NCBI GenBank assembly: GCA_023245155.1
Contig: JAHFKV010000001.1
Location: 139,034-203,033 of the forward strand
DNA from: Candidatus Staskawiczbacteria bacterium
GTDB lineage: Bacteria > Patescibacteriota > Minisyncoccia > Minisyncoccales > Staskawiczbacteraceae
Reading direction: 5' to 3'
Length of the DNA stretch: 64,000 nucleotides
The notes beneath the pieces are model-generated. The model ran no database searches. It was not told the DNA's origin and saw only the letters and a list, made by a program, of their open reading frames with translations. Both the position numbers and the translations under genes were made by a program. This document shows, in pieces, positions 8,218 through 16,320 of the stretch (the first letter of the stretch is position 1; the number at the start of each line of letters is the position of its first letter).

Positions 8218-9258
8218 ATGTTCAAAAACGTTTCCCCGATTACAAAAATTGCAAAAAAAGCTTGCCCCGCAGTCATTACCGTGATTGTTTCCAAAGACTT
8301 GCCTAAAGTGGAAGATTTTTACAGCTTCCCCTACGGCGGTAAAGAATACATGATGCCCATGATGGATAAAGATGGTAAAGGCATTTTGGAAAAGACCCAG
8401 ATTGGCGGAGGATCTGGCTTTATCATTTCTAAAGATGGTTATGTGATGACCTCAAATCACGTGGTGGCGGATGTAAATGCCGAATACACGGTTATTTTAG
8501 ACCCTGAACACAAATATCCGGCCAAAGTATTGAGCCGGAACCAAATTAATGACACTGCCATTTTGAAAATTGAAGGCAAAAACTTTCTCTATATTGAATT
8601 GGCGGATTCAGATAATATTGAACTGGGAGAAAGCGTGGTAGCCATTGGAAATCCCTTGGGAGAATTTAATGACACCTTAAGCGCGGGCATTGTTTCAGGC
8701 CTTTCCCGCTACATTTCAGCTTACGGGGGTATTGACCACCAAATGCAGAATTTACGCGGGCTGATTCAAACGGATGCCGCTATTAATCCGGGAAATTCCG
8801 GCGGACCACTAGTAAACATGCAAGGCAAAGTCATTGGCATTAACACCGCCACCATTATGGGAGCCCAAAATATTGGCTTTGCGATTCCCATTAATTATGC
8901 CAAAAAAGATTTAGCTGAAGTGAAAAAATACGGCAAATTAGTGGTACCATTTTTGGGAATTAAATATGTATTACTGAACAAAGAAATGGCCAAAACCAAT
9001 AAACTGCCGGTGGAAGATGGAGCTTTGGTAGTAAGGGAAGCTTTGGGCGAACCACCGGTTATTAAGGGGTCAGCTGCCGACAAAGCCGGTATGAAAGAGT
9101 TTGACATCATTTTAGAGTGCGATGGCCAAAAGATTACTGTAGAAAATTCCTTGGGTAGTGTTTTACAAAAGTGTAAGATTGGAGCAGAAACGGTTTTTAA
9201 GGTATTGCGCGATGGGCAGGAAATAATGCTAAGAGCTACGCTAAGAGAAAAAGAATAA
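8218..9258 (+). CDS. HtrA/DegP-family serine protease with PDZ domain
   Basis: Trypsin-fold motifs TSNHVV, DTAILKI and GNSGGPLVN, followed by a PDZ-like C-terminus (VIKGSAADKAGMKEFDIIL). Confidence 0.85.
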   Translation: MFKNVSPITKIAKKACPAVITVIVSKDLPKVEDFYSFPYGGKEYMMPMMDKDGKGILEKTQIGGGSGFIISKDGYVMTSNHVVADVNAEYTVILDPEHKYPAKVLSRNQINDTAILKIEGKNFLYIELADSDNIELGESVVAIGNPLGEFNDTLSAGIVSGLSRYISAYGGIDHQMQNLRGLIQTDAAINPGNSGGPLVNMQGKVIGINTATIMGAQNIGFAIPINYAKKDLAEVKKYGKLVVPFLGIKYVLLNKEMAKTNKLPVEDGALVVREALGEPPVIKGSAADKAGMKEFDIILECDGQKITVENSLGSVLQKCKIGAETVFKVLRDGQEIMLRATLREKE

Positions 9259-9260
9259 AA

Positions 9261-9288
9261 AAGCCCCCGCTTAGGCGGGGGCTTTTTT
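9261..9288. terminator. bidirectional rho-independent terminator
   Basis: aagcccccgc/gcgggggctt stem with ttag loop, flanked by an A-run and a T-run, between convergent genes. Confidence 0.85.
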
Positions 9289-9289
9289 A

Positions 9290-10036
9290 TTAAACTTGAA
9301 TTTTTGAAAACAAGTAACTACCAACACCAATCAGGGCGGCTGCGATAACAACCATGACTACAAAGTCTGCAGGCAGGCCGAAGTGAGCCATTTGGCCAAG
9401 GGTGCCCCGCAGGCCATCAATACCATAACTCAATGGGTTGATTTTAACTACAACATTTAAAACACTGGGCAGATTGCCTGGCGGGAACAATGAACCGGAA
9501 AGGAAAAACAAGGGCATAACAATAAAGTTCATAATCAGGGGGAAGCCAGTCATATCTTGCACCACTGAAGCAATGGCAGTACCCAAGGCCGTGAACATTA
9601 AGGCAATTAAAAACATAAAGACGAGGGCTAGGGGCAGCAAGGCGAAATTGGTAACACGGAATCCAATCAGCATAGAAATGAACAGAACAATAATGCCCTG
9701 GAAGATGGCAACAGTGGCTCCGCCCAGGGTTCTGCCCAACATAATTTCAAAACGGCTCACTGGGGCCACCAAAGTTTCTTTCAAAAAGCCGAATTGCCGA
9801 TCCCAAATAATTTCAATGCCGCCAAAAATAGCGGTAAATAAAATGCTCATGGCAATCACGCCCGGCGCTAAAAACTGGATGTAATTTCCCTGCCCGGCCT
9901 GCTCAAAGATGTGGCCGAAGCCAAAACCCAGCGCCACCAAAAACAAAATGGGCTGGCCTAAAGATCCGATAATCCTGGATTTTGAACGCAGGTATTTTTT
10001 AATTTGTCTTAACCAAAGAGTGTAAATTGCAGTCAT
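9290..10036 (-). CDS. ABC-2 type transporter permease
   Basis: 248 aa with six hydrophobic segments. Directly downstream of the ABC ATPase. Confidence 0.8.
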   Translation of the reverse strand: MTAIYTLWLRQIKKYLRSKSRIIGSLGQPILFLVALGFGFGHIFEQAGQGNYIQFLAPGVIAMSILFTAIFGGIEIIWDRQFGFLKETLVAPVSRFEIMLGRTLGGATVAIFQGIIVLFISMLIGFRVTNFALLPLALVFMFLIALMFTALGTAIASVVQDMTGFPLIMNFIVMPLFFLSGSLFPPGNLPSVLNVVVKINPLSYGIDGLRGTLGQMAHFGLPADFVVMVVIAAALIGVGSYLFSKIQV

Positions 10037-10048
10037 ACGTTTTAAAAG

Positions 10049-10849
10049 TTAGCGTCTCCTTCCCCACATTTTAGCCTGGCCGCGCAGAGTATCTACGCTG
10101 CTGGCTTCTTCAGGGCGAACCTGGTGGCCCGTCAATTCCAAAAAGGCTTCTTCCAAGGTTTGCTTGCCAGTGCGCTGTTTTAATTCCTCCGGGCTGCCCT
10201 GAGCAATGATTTTTCCATGGTCAATAATGGCGATGCGATTAGAAACGCGGTCAGCTTCCTCCATATGGTGAGTAGTCAAAAATACCGTCAAACCTTCTTC
10301 TTGATTTAACTTTTTCAGATAGGCCCAAATGTGATTACGGGTCTGGGGATCAAGACCAATGGTAGGTTCATCCAAAAACAAAATCTTGGGTTTATGCATA
10401 AAGCCGCGGGCTATTTCCAGACGCCGTTTCATGCCGCCTGAAAATTCTCGTACCATACTATCTTTCCGATCCCACAGCTCCACAAAATCTAGTAAAGTTT
10501 TAATGCGTTCCTTACGCTGGGCAGCTGGAATGCCATAGAGCATGCCATGCATGTCCATATTTTCATAAGCGGTTAATTCATCATCCAAACTGGGGTCCTG
10601 GAACACAATACCAAAAGTTTGCCGGGCTTTATTTTGCTGGTGGAAAACGTCATGGCCATCCATGGTGATATTGCCCTCCGTGGGTGCCAACAATGTGGTA
10701 AGCATTTTAATGGTAGTCGTCTTTCCCGCCCCATTCGGTCCCAAAAAAGCAAACATTTCCCCTTTTTTAACGCTAAAGGAAATGTTGTTAACGGCCGTGA
10801 AGTCCCCAAATTTTTTAGTAAGATTTTTAGTTTCAATAATGTTTTCCAT
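10049..10849 (-). CDS. ABC transporter ATP-binding protein (DrrA/NatA-like)
   Basis: Walker A GPNGAGKTT, signature FSGGMKRRLEIA, Walker B ILFLDEPT. Start moved to MENIIETKNL. Confidence 0.9.
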   Translation of the reverse strand: MENIIETKNLTKKFGDFTAVNNISFSVKKGEMFAFLGPNGAGKTTTIKMLTTLLAPTEGNITMDGHDVFHQQNKARQTFGIVFQDPSLDDELTAYENMDMHGMLYGIPAAQRKERIKTLLDFVELWDRKDSMVREFSGGMKRRLEIARGFMHKPKILFLDEPTIGLDPQTRNHIWAYLKKLNQEEGLTVFLTTHHMEEADRVSNRIAIIDHGKIIAQGSPEELKQRTGKQTLEEAFLELTGHQVRPEEASSVDTLRGQAKMWGRRR

Positions 10850-10883
10850 ATGTGTAATACTACCAGAAAATCTATTTTGGCGC

Positions 10884-10916
10884 AAAGAAATGGCGCGCGT
10901 CTTCCGACCGCGCGCC
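10884..10916 (-). terminator. GC hairpin terminator closing island B
   Basis: ggcgcgcg/cgcgcgcc 8-bp stem, followed on the minus strand by ATTTCTTT. Confidence 0.5.
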
Positions 10917-11244
10917 TAACAACTTTACCAACATGGCCAAGGCCTTCCTCTGGGGCGTTGGTGCTCCCGCGGCACGATTGCCGCCCGTTGTTTTCCCGCG
11001 TAGCGGGATGATAATCCTGTTTCTTTTGGGGGAACAACAGCAATTCCCAAAAAAGACAGTGTGTCTGCCATGCGCATCTATACCCGCCGCTTACTGGGTC
11101 TCAACGCAAAACACTGCTTTTCAAAAGAACAGCACCCACGGGCACACGAGTTTTTGCTGGCCTGTACAGCCTCGTCGTGGGATTGCGCCAAACGGAATTT
11201 TCAGGCAACCGCCAAGAGTTTTTTCATGGACACCACCTCCTTTC
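10917..11244 (-). other. GC-rich island B: non-coding or decayed gene (SD+ATG followed by only 8 codons; fragmentary ORFs)
   Basis: 36/60 GC in line 10921. On the minus strand, GAAAGGAGGTGGTGTCC-ATG opens MKKLLAVA-stop. Other frames give only 50-66 aa pieces. Many short GC hairpins (cccgc/gcggg, gcggca/tgccgc, ggcc/ggcc). Confidence 0.3.
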
Positions 11245-11257
11245 TTGATTTTATTAT

Positions 11258-11284
11258 ACCAAAAAATCGCCCAAAGGGCGATTT
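11258..11284 (-). terminator. terminator after minus-strand tRNA-Pro/tRNA-Gly pair
   Basis: aaatcgccc/gggcgattt stem, with a T-run on the minus strand. Confidence 0.6.
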
Positions 11285-11288
11285 TAGA

Positions 11289-11362
11289 TGGAGCGGGTAT
11301 GGGGAGTCGAACCCCACTCATTAGCTTGGAAAGCTAAGGTAATACCGATATACGATACCCGC
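11289..11362 (-). tRNA. tRNA-Gly(TCC), encoded CCA
   Basis: Reverse complement gives acceptor gcgggta/tacccgc, anticodon stem ttagc/gctaa with loop ttTCCaa, and T-loop ggttcgactcc. Confidence 0.85.
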
Positions 11363-11379
11363 TTGCAATATTCTTCTTG

Positions 11380-11450
11380 TCGGGGTACTCGGATTCGAAC
11401 CGAGATCAAACGGTCCCAAACCGTTCGTGCTACCGTTGCACCATACCCCG
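11380..11450 (-). tRNA. tRNA-Pro(TGG)
   Basis: Reverse complement gives acceptor cggggta/taccccg, anticodon stem aacgg/ccgtt with loop ttTGGga, and T-loop ggttcgaatcc. Confidence 0.85.
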
Positions 11451-11524
11451 ATATAAACATATACTATAAGAAAATCCCCGTCTTGTCAAAGGAAAAAATT
11501 TGTGATAATATTGAACTGAAATTC

Positions 11525-11596
11525 GCCCTCGTAGCTCAATGGATAGAGCTTCGCTCTTCTAAGGCGCAGATGTGGGTTCGATTCCTACCGAGGGCA
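11525..11596 (+). tRNA. tRNA-Arg(TCT)
   Basis: Acceptor gccctcg/cgagggc. Anticodon loop ctTCTaa. T-loop ggttcgattcc. Confidence 0.85.
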
Positions 11597-11616
11597 CAGG
11601 GAAGAATTTAAATTAT

Positions 11617-11692
11617 GGAGGCCGTAGTGTAGTGGCCAGCACAACGCTCTGTGGCAGCGTTAGCGGGAGTTCGAATCTCCTCGGTCTCCCCA
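11617..11692 (+). tRNA. tRNA-His(GTG) with encoded G-1 and CCA
   Basis: Extra 5' G opposite C73. Acceptor gaggccg/cggtctc. Anticodon stem acgct/agcgt with loop ctGTGgc. T-loop agttcgaatct. Confidence 0.85.
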
Positions 11693-11697
11693 CACAT

Positions 11698-11735
11698 CAA
11701 AAGCTGCCCCGATATGCATCGGGGCAGCTTTTGTG
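11698..11735. terminator. bidirectional rho-independent terminator
   Basis: aagctgccccgat/atcggggcagctt stem between tRNA-His (+) and rny (-). Confidence 0.85.
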
Positions 11736-13265
11736 TTATCTAGCGTACTCAATTACCCTGTTTTCCCGAATTACCGTCACTTTAATTTCCCCGGGATACT
11801 TTAACTCTTCTTCAATATTAGCGGCAATCTGGCGGGCCATTTTTGCCACGCCCAAATCATCCACCTTATCGGCCCTCACAAACACCCGGATTTCCCGGCC
11901 CGCTTGAATAGCGTAGGTTTTTTCCACGCCTTCAAACTTGTTGGCAATATCTTCCAAAGCTTTCAACCGTTGCAAATAATTTTCGATACTATCTTTCCGA
12001 GCCCCCGGACGGGAAGCGGAAATGCTATCTGCTACAATCACAATGGTACCTTCAATAGAATCAATCGGATAGTCGCCGTGATGCGAACGCATGGCATGGA
12101 TAATTTCTTCTTTTTCCCCGAATTTTTCTAAAATTTTAATCCCAATTTCAATGTGACTGCCTTCCATTTGCTGGTCCAAGGCTTTACCAATGTCATGGAA
12201 CAAACCGGCACGTTTTGCCACTTGGGCATTTGCCCCTAATTCTTCAGCAATGGTTTGAGCAATCAAAGCCACTTCCATGGAATGTTGTAACACATTTTGA
12301 CCATAGCTGGTGCGGTAATGCAGCCGGCCTAAAATTTGCACCAGTTTTTCATGAGCGGCCAGCTGGTTCATATCATACATGGCTTTTTCTCCGGCCTTTT
12401 TAATGACATCGGAAATTTCAGCAGTAGCCTCGGCCACCTTTTCCTCAATTTTAGCCGGCTGAATGCGGCCATCGGCAATCAGCTTATTCAAAGCCATAGC
12501 GGCAATCTGGCGACGGATAGGGTTGAAGCAAGAAATGACCACTGAATCGGGAGTTTCGTCTAAAATCAATTCTACGCCGGTCAATTTTTCAAAGGTTTTA
12601 ATGTTGCGACCCTCTTTTCCAATAATTCTGCCCTTCAAATCTTCGCTGGCCAGAGTAATGGTGGTGGTGCTCAGCTCTAACGTGTGGGCCACAGCACATT
12701 TTTGGATTGCCAAGGTTATAATTTCCCGGGCTTTGGTGGCTAAGGCATCTTGGCCAGATTCTTCCATTTTATGCATTCTGGCTAATAAATCTTTTTCTGA
12801 ATCTTTTTCCACGAGCGATAACAGTTCCTTCTTGGCATCTTCCCGGGTTAAGCTGGCCACTTTTTCCAATTTACCCTCAGCTTCAAGGCGTAACTTGTCC
12901 ACGCTTTCCTTAACTTCTTTCAACTTTTCCACTTTCTGGCCTAGCTCAACTTCTTTTTTATCAAAAGCACTGATTTTTTCTTCCAACAATTTTTCCCGAT
13001 CTAAAATCAGTTGCTGGGCTTTTAAGAATTCGCGCCGGCGCTCATCCACCTCTTTTTGCGAATCTTCAAGGATTTTTGAAGACTTAACTTCAGCTTCTTT
13101 TACCAGCCTGGCGGTTTCTTCTTTGGTATCTTGCACTCTTTTTACTAATTTTGCTTCCAAAGAACCTGCTCGCTGCTTGGCAATCGATTGGCGGATGTAA
13201 TACCCTAAACCCAAGCCCGCGCACAATCCCAGCACAACCAGGAGTAACGATATAATAGTGTCCAT
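11736..13265 (-). CDS. rny: ribonuclease Y
   Basis: N-terminal TM helix, coiled coil, KH domain (GRIIGKEGRNIK) and HD domain (LHDIGKA). Start moved to MDTIISLL. Confidence 0.9.
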   Translation of the reverse strand: MDTIISLLLVVLGLCAGLGLGYYIRQSIAKQRAGSLEAKLVKRVQDTKEETARLVKEAEVKSSKILEDSQKEVDERRREFLKAQQLILDREKLLEEKISAFDKKEVELGQKVEKLKEVKESVDKLRLEAEGKLEKVASLTREDAKKELLSLVEKDSEKDLLARMHKMEESGQDALATKAREIITLAIQKCAVAHTLELSTTTITLASEDLKGRIIGKEGRNIKTFEKLTGVELILDETPDSVVISCFNPIRRQIAAMALNKLIADGRIQPAKIEEKVAEATAEISDVIKKAGEKAMYDMNQLAAHEKLVQILGRLHYRTSYGQNVLQHSMEVALIAQTIAEELGANAQVAKRAGLFHDIGKALDQQMEGSHIEIGIKILEKFGEKEEIIHAMRSHHGDYPIDSIEGTIVIVADSISASRPGARKDSIENYLQRLKALEDIANKFEGVEKTYAIQAGREIRVFVRADKVDDLGVAKMARQIAANIEEELKYPGEIKVTVIRENRVIEYAR

Positions 13266-13351
13266 GGTTTTAATATTAATAATTTTACAAACAAATAAAC
13301 CCACCAACGGAGTGGGCCCGTACACAACACATTGCAGGCCAAAGACCTGTT

Positions 13352-13936
13352 TTATTTAGCTCCTTTTATGACTTCATCAATCAGGCCGTACTTTTGGGCC
13401 TCCTCAGCAGTCATATAAAAATCACGGTCGGTATCTTTTTCAATCATGGCCAAGGGCTGACCGGTTTTGGCGGCCAAAATCTCGTTGATTTTACCCTTGA
13501 TTTTTATAATCTGCTTGGCTGCAATTTCAATTTCCGTTGCCTGTCCCTGGACGCCGCTAGCCACCTGGTGCAGCATGATTTCAGCATTGGGCAAAGCAAA
13601 CCGTTTGCCTTTGGTTCCCGCTGCTAATAGTACTGCTCCCATGGAAGCCGCGAGTCCCACACAAATCGTGGAAACCGGGCACTGGATGAACTGCATCGTG
13701 TCATAAATCGCTAAACCAGCGGTTACTGAACCGCCAGGGCTGTTAATGTAAAGCTTAATATCTTTCTTGGGATCCTTGGAAACCAGATACAGCATTTGTG
13801 CAATTACCACATTTGCGTTCATATCGGTTACCGCGCCAGCCAAAAAAATAATACGCTCTTCTAAAAGCCTAGAAAATATGTCGTATACGCGCTCACCGCG
13901 TTGTGTTTTTTCTACAATAGTTGGTACTATTGGCAT
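13352..13936 (-). CDS. clpP: ATP-dependent Clp protease proteolytic subunit
   Basis: [24 protein letters not shown]...[11 protein letters not shown]...MLHQ. Full-length ClpP signature. Confidence 0.95.
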   Translation of the reverse strand: MPIVPTIVEKTQRGERVYDIFSRLLEERIIFLAGAVTDMNANVVIAQMLYLVSKDPKKDIKLYINSPGGSVTAGLAIYDTMQFIQCPVSTICVGLAASMGAVLLAAGTKGKRFALPNAEIMLHQVASGVQGQATEIEIAAKQIIKIKGKINEILAAKTGQPLAMIEKDTDRDFYMTAEEAQKYGLIDEVIKGAK

Positions 13937-13972
13937 TTTCTATTATTGTTAACACTACTCTTACTACGATAC

Positions 13973-15238
13973 TTATTTTGAAAAAGTTTCCAACAAATTG
14001 AAGACTTTTTCATTAAATACCGCGCTTTTACTATACTCTTTTAGGCGACCAATGTCAACTTTGTCCGCCTGCTCGGGAGGATACTTTTTCAACTCGCGAT
14101 TCACCTCTTCTTCCAACTCTTCCTTGGTAACTTCAATACGCTCCGCTTTACCGATTTGGCGCAGCACCAAAAAATCTTTAATCCGTTTTTCTGCTTCCAA
14201 TTGGTAACTGGCCTTCACTTCTGCTTCCGTTTTTTTCACGTTCTGTAAATATTGTTCCAGGGTCATATTAAATTGGCGGCTCACATGATGTTTCATATCT
14301 TCGAACAATCGCTCTTGCTCGTGCTGCACCATTTTTTCAGGCAACTCAAAGGTGATTTTCTCGGCAATCTTGGTTAGCAACTCACCGCGCTTGCGTTGTT
14401 TTTCTGTTTCCCGTTTCTCTGACGTAATGCCTTCTTTCAGATTGTTTTTCAAGGCCACTAAGCTGTCAAACATCCCCAGCCCCTTAGCAAATTCGTCGTT
14501 AATTTCGGGTAATTCCATGGTTTGCACGGCCAGCATTTTTACTTTAAAATTGCCAGATTTCCCTGCCATACTATTAGGAGTATTTTCCGGGAATTTAGCA
14601 GTAAATTCCTTTTCTTCGCCCATTTTCATGCCCAGTAAATTTTTTTCAAAGTCTGACAAAAACGCGCCCTCGCCTAAAATAAACATGTCTTTAACCGGCT
14701 TACCGCCATTGATACTTTCACTCTGGTATTCAATTTTCACATAATTTTTGTTCTCAGCTCCCGTGGTTTCATCGGTAAATTTAGCCCGGCTTTTTTGCAG
14801 ATATTCCAGGGTTTCCTGGATTTCTTTTTCATCAACGGAAACTTCGTTGCCCTTAATCTTGCTGGAAATTTCTTTGTAATCTGGCAGTGGCAGCTCTGGC
14901 AACACAGCTACCGTTACTACAAACTCAAATGGACTGCCTTTAGCAATTTTCTTGATCTCCACATTCGGCTCGCTCACTGGCTCTAAATTATTTTCTTTAA
15001 CATAGTTAGTGTACGCAGCTTTCACGGCCAAGTCTCCCGCTTCCATGAGTAGATTTTCTACGCCCATTTTCTTTTCCACCATTTCTTTTGGTACCTGGCC
15101 CTTTCTAAAGCCATCCATTTTCATATGGCTTTTTAAATGCTCAAGGGCTTTATCAATATACTTAGCAAAATCTTCAGCGGGCATTTCAAATAAAAGCTCT
15201 ATCTCTGATTTCCCCAATTTTTTAATTTCTGTTTTCAT
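13973..15238 (-). CDS. tig: trigger factor
   Basis: 421 aa. N-terminal ribosome-binding motif GFRKGQVP and tig-clpP synteny. Confidence 0.9.
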   Translation of the reverse strand: MKTEIKKLGKSEIELLFEMPAEDFAKYIDKALEHLKSHMKMDGFRKGQVPKEMVEKKMGVENLLMEAGDLAVKAAYTNYVKENNLEPVSEPNVEIKKIAKGSPFEFVVTVAVLPELPLPDYKEISSKIKGNEVSVDEKEIQETLEYLQKSRAKFTDETTGAENKNYVKIEYQSESINGGKPVKDMFILGEGAFLSDFEKNLLGMKMGEEKEFTAKFPENTPNSMAGKSGNFKVKMLAVQTMELPEINDEFAKGLGMFDSLVALKNNLKEGITSEKRETEKQRKRGELLTKIAEKITFELPEKMVQHEQERLFEDMKHHVSRQFNMTLEQYLQNVKKTEAEVKASYQLEAEKRIKDFLVLRQIGKAERIEVTKEELEEEVNRELKKYPPEQADKVDIGRLKEYSKSAVFNEKVFNLLETFSK

Positions 15239-15824
15239 GTGTCCTGATGCTAATAATTTCTTTTAATATTTCTTGGAGTTTTGGATCAATAATCCGATTA
15301 TTATAATACGTAAAAAATTCTTGTAAATTATTGTAACCAATCCTCTCATACACACTTGCTTGCAAGGCCAATTCCAACTTATCAACCTGCTCTACAAACT
15401 TTGCTTCGGGCAACTCTCTATCTTCATAGTCTAGCCACGCACGGATATACTTTTGGCCATTGGGTAATTTTGAAAATACCTTTTGCACTGCTTCTGTTTC
15501 CCGCTTCCTTTTTTCTTCCCGACTTACGTTATCTCGTGGCGTAAGATCTCCCACAAATATTTCTCCCAAATCGTGGAAGACGGCCAGCTGTAATACTTTT
15601 AATGGGTCTAAATCCGGCCGGTATTCTATGGCAATAGTGTAAGCAATCATGGCCAAGCCAAAAGAGTGATCGGCAACGGTTTCTGCGTGCTCTTTTGAAA
15701 CTCCAAAATCCAGCCAACCCTGATGGTATAAATTTTTCAACTGGGCAAAATCAAAAAAGATTTCAATAATGGGATTCGTTTTCTCCTTCAGTAATTCGCT
15801 GGTATGTTTATACTTGGTTTCCAT
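15222..15824 (-). CDS. HD-domain phosphohydrolase (YfbR-like 5'-nucleotidase family)
   Basis: ETVADHSFGLAMIA...VFHDLGEIFVGDLTP gives the H..HD..D metal-binding pattern. Confidence 0.75.
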   Translation of the reverse strand: METKYKHTSELLKEKTNPIIEIFFDFAQLKNLYHQGWLDFGVSKEHAETVADHSFGLAMIAYTIAIEYRPDLDPLKVLQLAVFHDLGEIFVGDLTPRDNVSREEKRKRETEAVQKVFSKLPNGQKYIRAWLDYEDRELPEAKFVEQVDKLELALQASVYERIGYNNLQEFFTYYNNRIIDPKLQEILKEIISIRTHENRN

Positions 15825-15825
15825 G

Positions 15826-16176
15826 TTACAATTTGTCTATTTTAGCCGCCACAATAAAATCATTTTCTGACAATCCACCAACGGCGTGCGTCCAAAGCGT
15901 AATCGTAACTTTATTGTAATTAATGGCAATGTCGGGATGATGGTCATCGTGATTAGCAATACCCGCCACCTTGTTAATAAACACCACCGCTTCCTTAAAA
16001 TCTGCAAACTTAAACTCTTTGATAATTTTTTTGTCTTCAAACACCTCCCACCCTTCTTTGAGTTCAGATAAATAGCTTTTAATTTCTTCTGCCCCCAGCG
16101 CCGGCATCCCACCCTCGCACGGCACACACTTTCTTGCCCTGAGCGGAGCCGAAGGGTTCTGAGCCAAGTCAGACAT
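15826..16176 (-). CDS. 4a-hydroxytetrahydrobiopterin dehydratase (PCD/DCoH family)
   Basis: 116 aa with NKVAGIANHDDHHPDIAINYNKVTITLWTHAVGGLSENDF. Confidence 0.85.
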   Translation of the reverse strand: MSDLAQNPSAPLRARKCVPCEGGMPALGAEEIKSYLSELKEGWEVFEDKKIIKEFKFADFKEAVVFINKVAGIANHDDHHPDIAINYNKVTITLWTHAVGGLSENDFIVAAKIDKL

Positions 16177-16219
16177 AGTTAATTTCTGGTTTCATGAATT
16201 TTCGGTTAACAAAATAAAA

Positions 16220-16303
16220 CTGTATCCTGGAAGGGATTATATTTAGGCACAGAGCCAAGGTGGACCAACCCTACCACCAAAGGTTTATTTATCCAGGATA
16301 CAG
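16220..16303 (-). terminator. long-loop palindrome/terminator downstream of hppA
   Basis: Perfect 12-bp arms ctgtatcctgga/tccaggatacag enclose 60 nt. Followed on the minus strand by TTTTATTTT. Confidence 0.5.
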
Positions 16304-16320
16304 ATAACAAGGGGCTCGCT

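Noticed and set aside
10917-11244. Island B as tmRNA, RNase P RNA or SRP RNA
   Set aside because: I looked on both strands for the GGTTCGA/TCGAATCC tRNA-like 3' domain and GGGG...CCACCA ends (tmRNA), for GAGGAAAGTCC and ACAGAA(N)CCGGCTTA (RNase P), and for the GGAA-tetraloop/AGCAGCC helix-8 motif (SRP). None is present. Only an Infernal scan can settle this.
11288-11907. ORFs 11288..11611 and 11572..11907 (+)
   Set aside because: They run through tRNA-Gly/Pro (antisense), tRNA-Arg/His and the terminator, so they are artefacts.
12463-13200. Long antisense ORFs opposite strong genes (for example 12463..13200, 6362..6856, 36921..37502, 54505..55089, 55096..55626, 52231..52674)
   Set aside because: These are shadow ORFs opposite well-supported homologous genes (rny, infB, VirB6-like, PilB-like, yebC), with low-complexity translations.
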